Source: Lepidodermella squamata (Eukaryota > Animalia > Gastrotricha). Taken from it: a stretch of DNA of 64,000 nucleotides. Each line of letters opens with the position of its first letter. Position 1 is the first letter of the stretch. The position numbers were made by a program, and so were the translations under genes. The DNA lies in assembly GCA_047495785.1 (NCBI GenBank), contig JBLDXI010000056.1, forward strand, positions 496,001 to 560,000, in the 5' to 3' direction. The notes beneath the pieces are model-generated. The model had not been told where the DNA came from, did not search any database, and worked only from the letters and a program-made list of their open reading frames with translations. Below are positions 63,385 to 64,000 of this stretch, in pieces.

Positions 63385-64000
63385 TTGTTTCTCAATTTTA
63401 TAGCCTGGAACATATTTAAATTTAGACCAGAATCTTTTCCTGAAATCATACTGTTATTGAAAAAATTTCTTATTGTTGCCCTTCTAGAAACTTGGCATGA
63501 TTCCAAATTTGTGCCGCCCTCTTTGCGTAAAGAATTTTTTGTTATTCATTCACCAGCTAAAAAGCTAAATAATGTGAGAGGTCGTAATTTGTCAGGGGGA
63601 ATTATCGTTTACATTAACTAATCTCTCAAATCAATAATCAAAGTCTTATATAAATCTAGCTACCTGGTTGTTCTCAAAATTGATCTACCTGATTTTACCC
63701 TGCTATTGGCTTTCTGTTATATATTACCGGAAAAAAATGATACGATTCAGCGAAAATCGTTGAAAATTGCTACCAAAAAGAAAAGTTCTACCAAAATTTC
63801 TGGTCAAAAACAGTACAGTGGTCCTTTCAAAAAGCTCTGGGCCGAGACCACCAACAAATTGACTGAAATTAAAAATAATATTCGCATTGAAAACCTCCAG
63901 TCCCAAAAAAGGATTGAAATTATTATTATGGGCGACCTCAATATTCGCACTGGAAATTTAAATAGGACCTACGACAGCCTAGACCCAAACTCGGACTTCT
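63385..64000 (+). mobile_element. Non-LTR retrotransposon ORF2 apurinic-like endonuclease domain with one in-frame stop; runs off the window
   Basis: IAWNI, VALLETW, GRNLSGGIIVYI, FCYILP and IIIMGDLNIRTG all lie in one frame, interrupted by TAA at 63619-63621. Confidence 0.85.

Overview
Eukaryotic (invertebrate animal) nuclear DNA. GC/CpG-rich exons alternate with AT-rich introns, most of them 50-70 nt, and the non-coding DNA is rich in microsatellites. A spiralian or flatworm-like source is my inference only. I built gene models by hand from GT-AG sites with consistent phases. From left to right: the 5' part of a Trio/Kalirin RhoGEF gene (-, runs off the left edge), then a compact cluster of NUBP1 (-), EIF2B5 (+), STX16 (+), a TTAA-flanked piggyBac-type MITE, an unknown coiled-coil gene (-), DKC1 (+), a spliced SLATT-like two-TM gene (+) and two tandem Ly6/uPAR genes (+). 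After that come larger minus-strand genes: thyroid hormone receptor, neurabin/spinophilin, a secreted CUB-mucin-X-Kunitz-like protein, an atypical tetraspanin and the last exon of a possible DBR1. A 163-bp near-perfect inverted repeat lies at 55.9-56.3 kb and a cluster of decayed transposons (piggyBac transposase, LINE RT and APE fragments) at the right edge. Best leads: (1) an intron-containing animal gene resembling the SLATT effectors of prokaryotic conflict systems, tightly linked to two Ly6 genes; (2) operon-like spacing, notably the NUBP1 polyA site almost coinciding with a splice acceptor for Trio; (3) a TR with an altered hormone pocket and a C-terminal eh1-like motif. No database searches were run; all family calls come from motif recognition.
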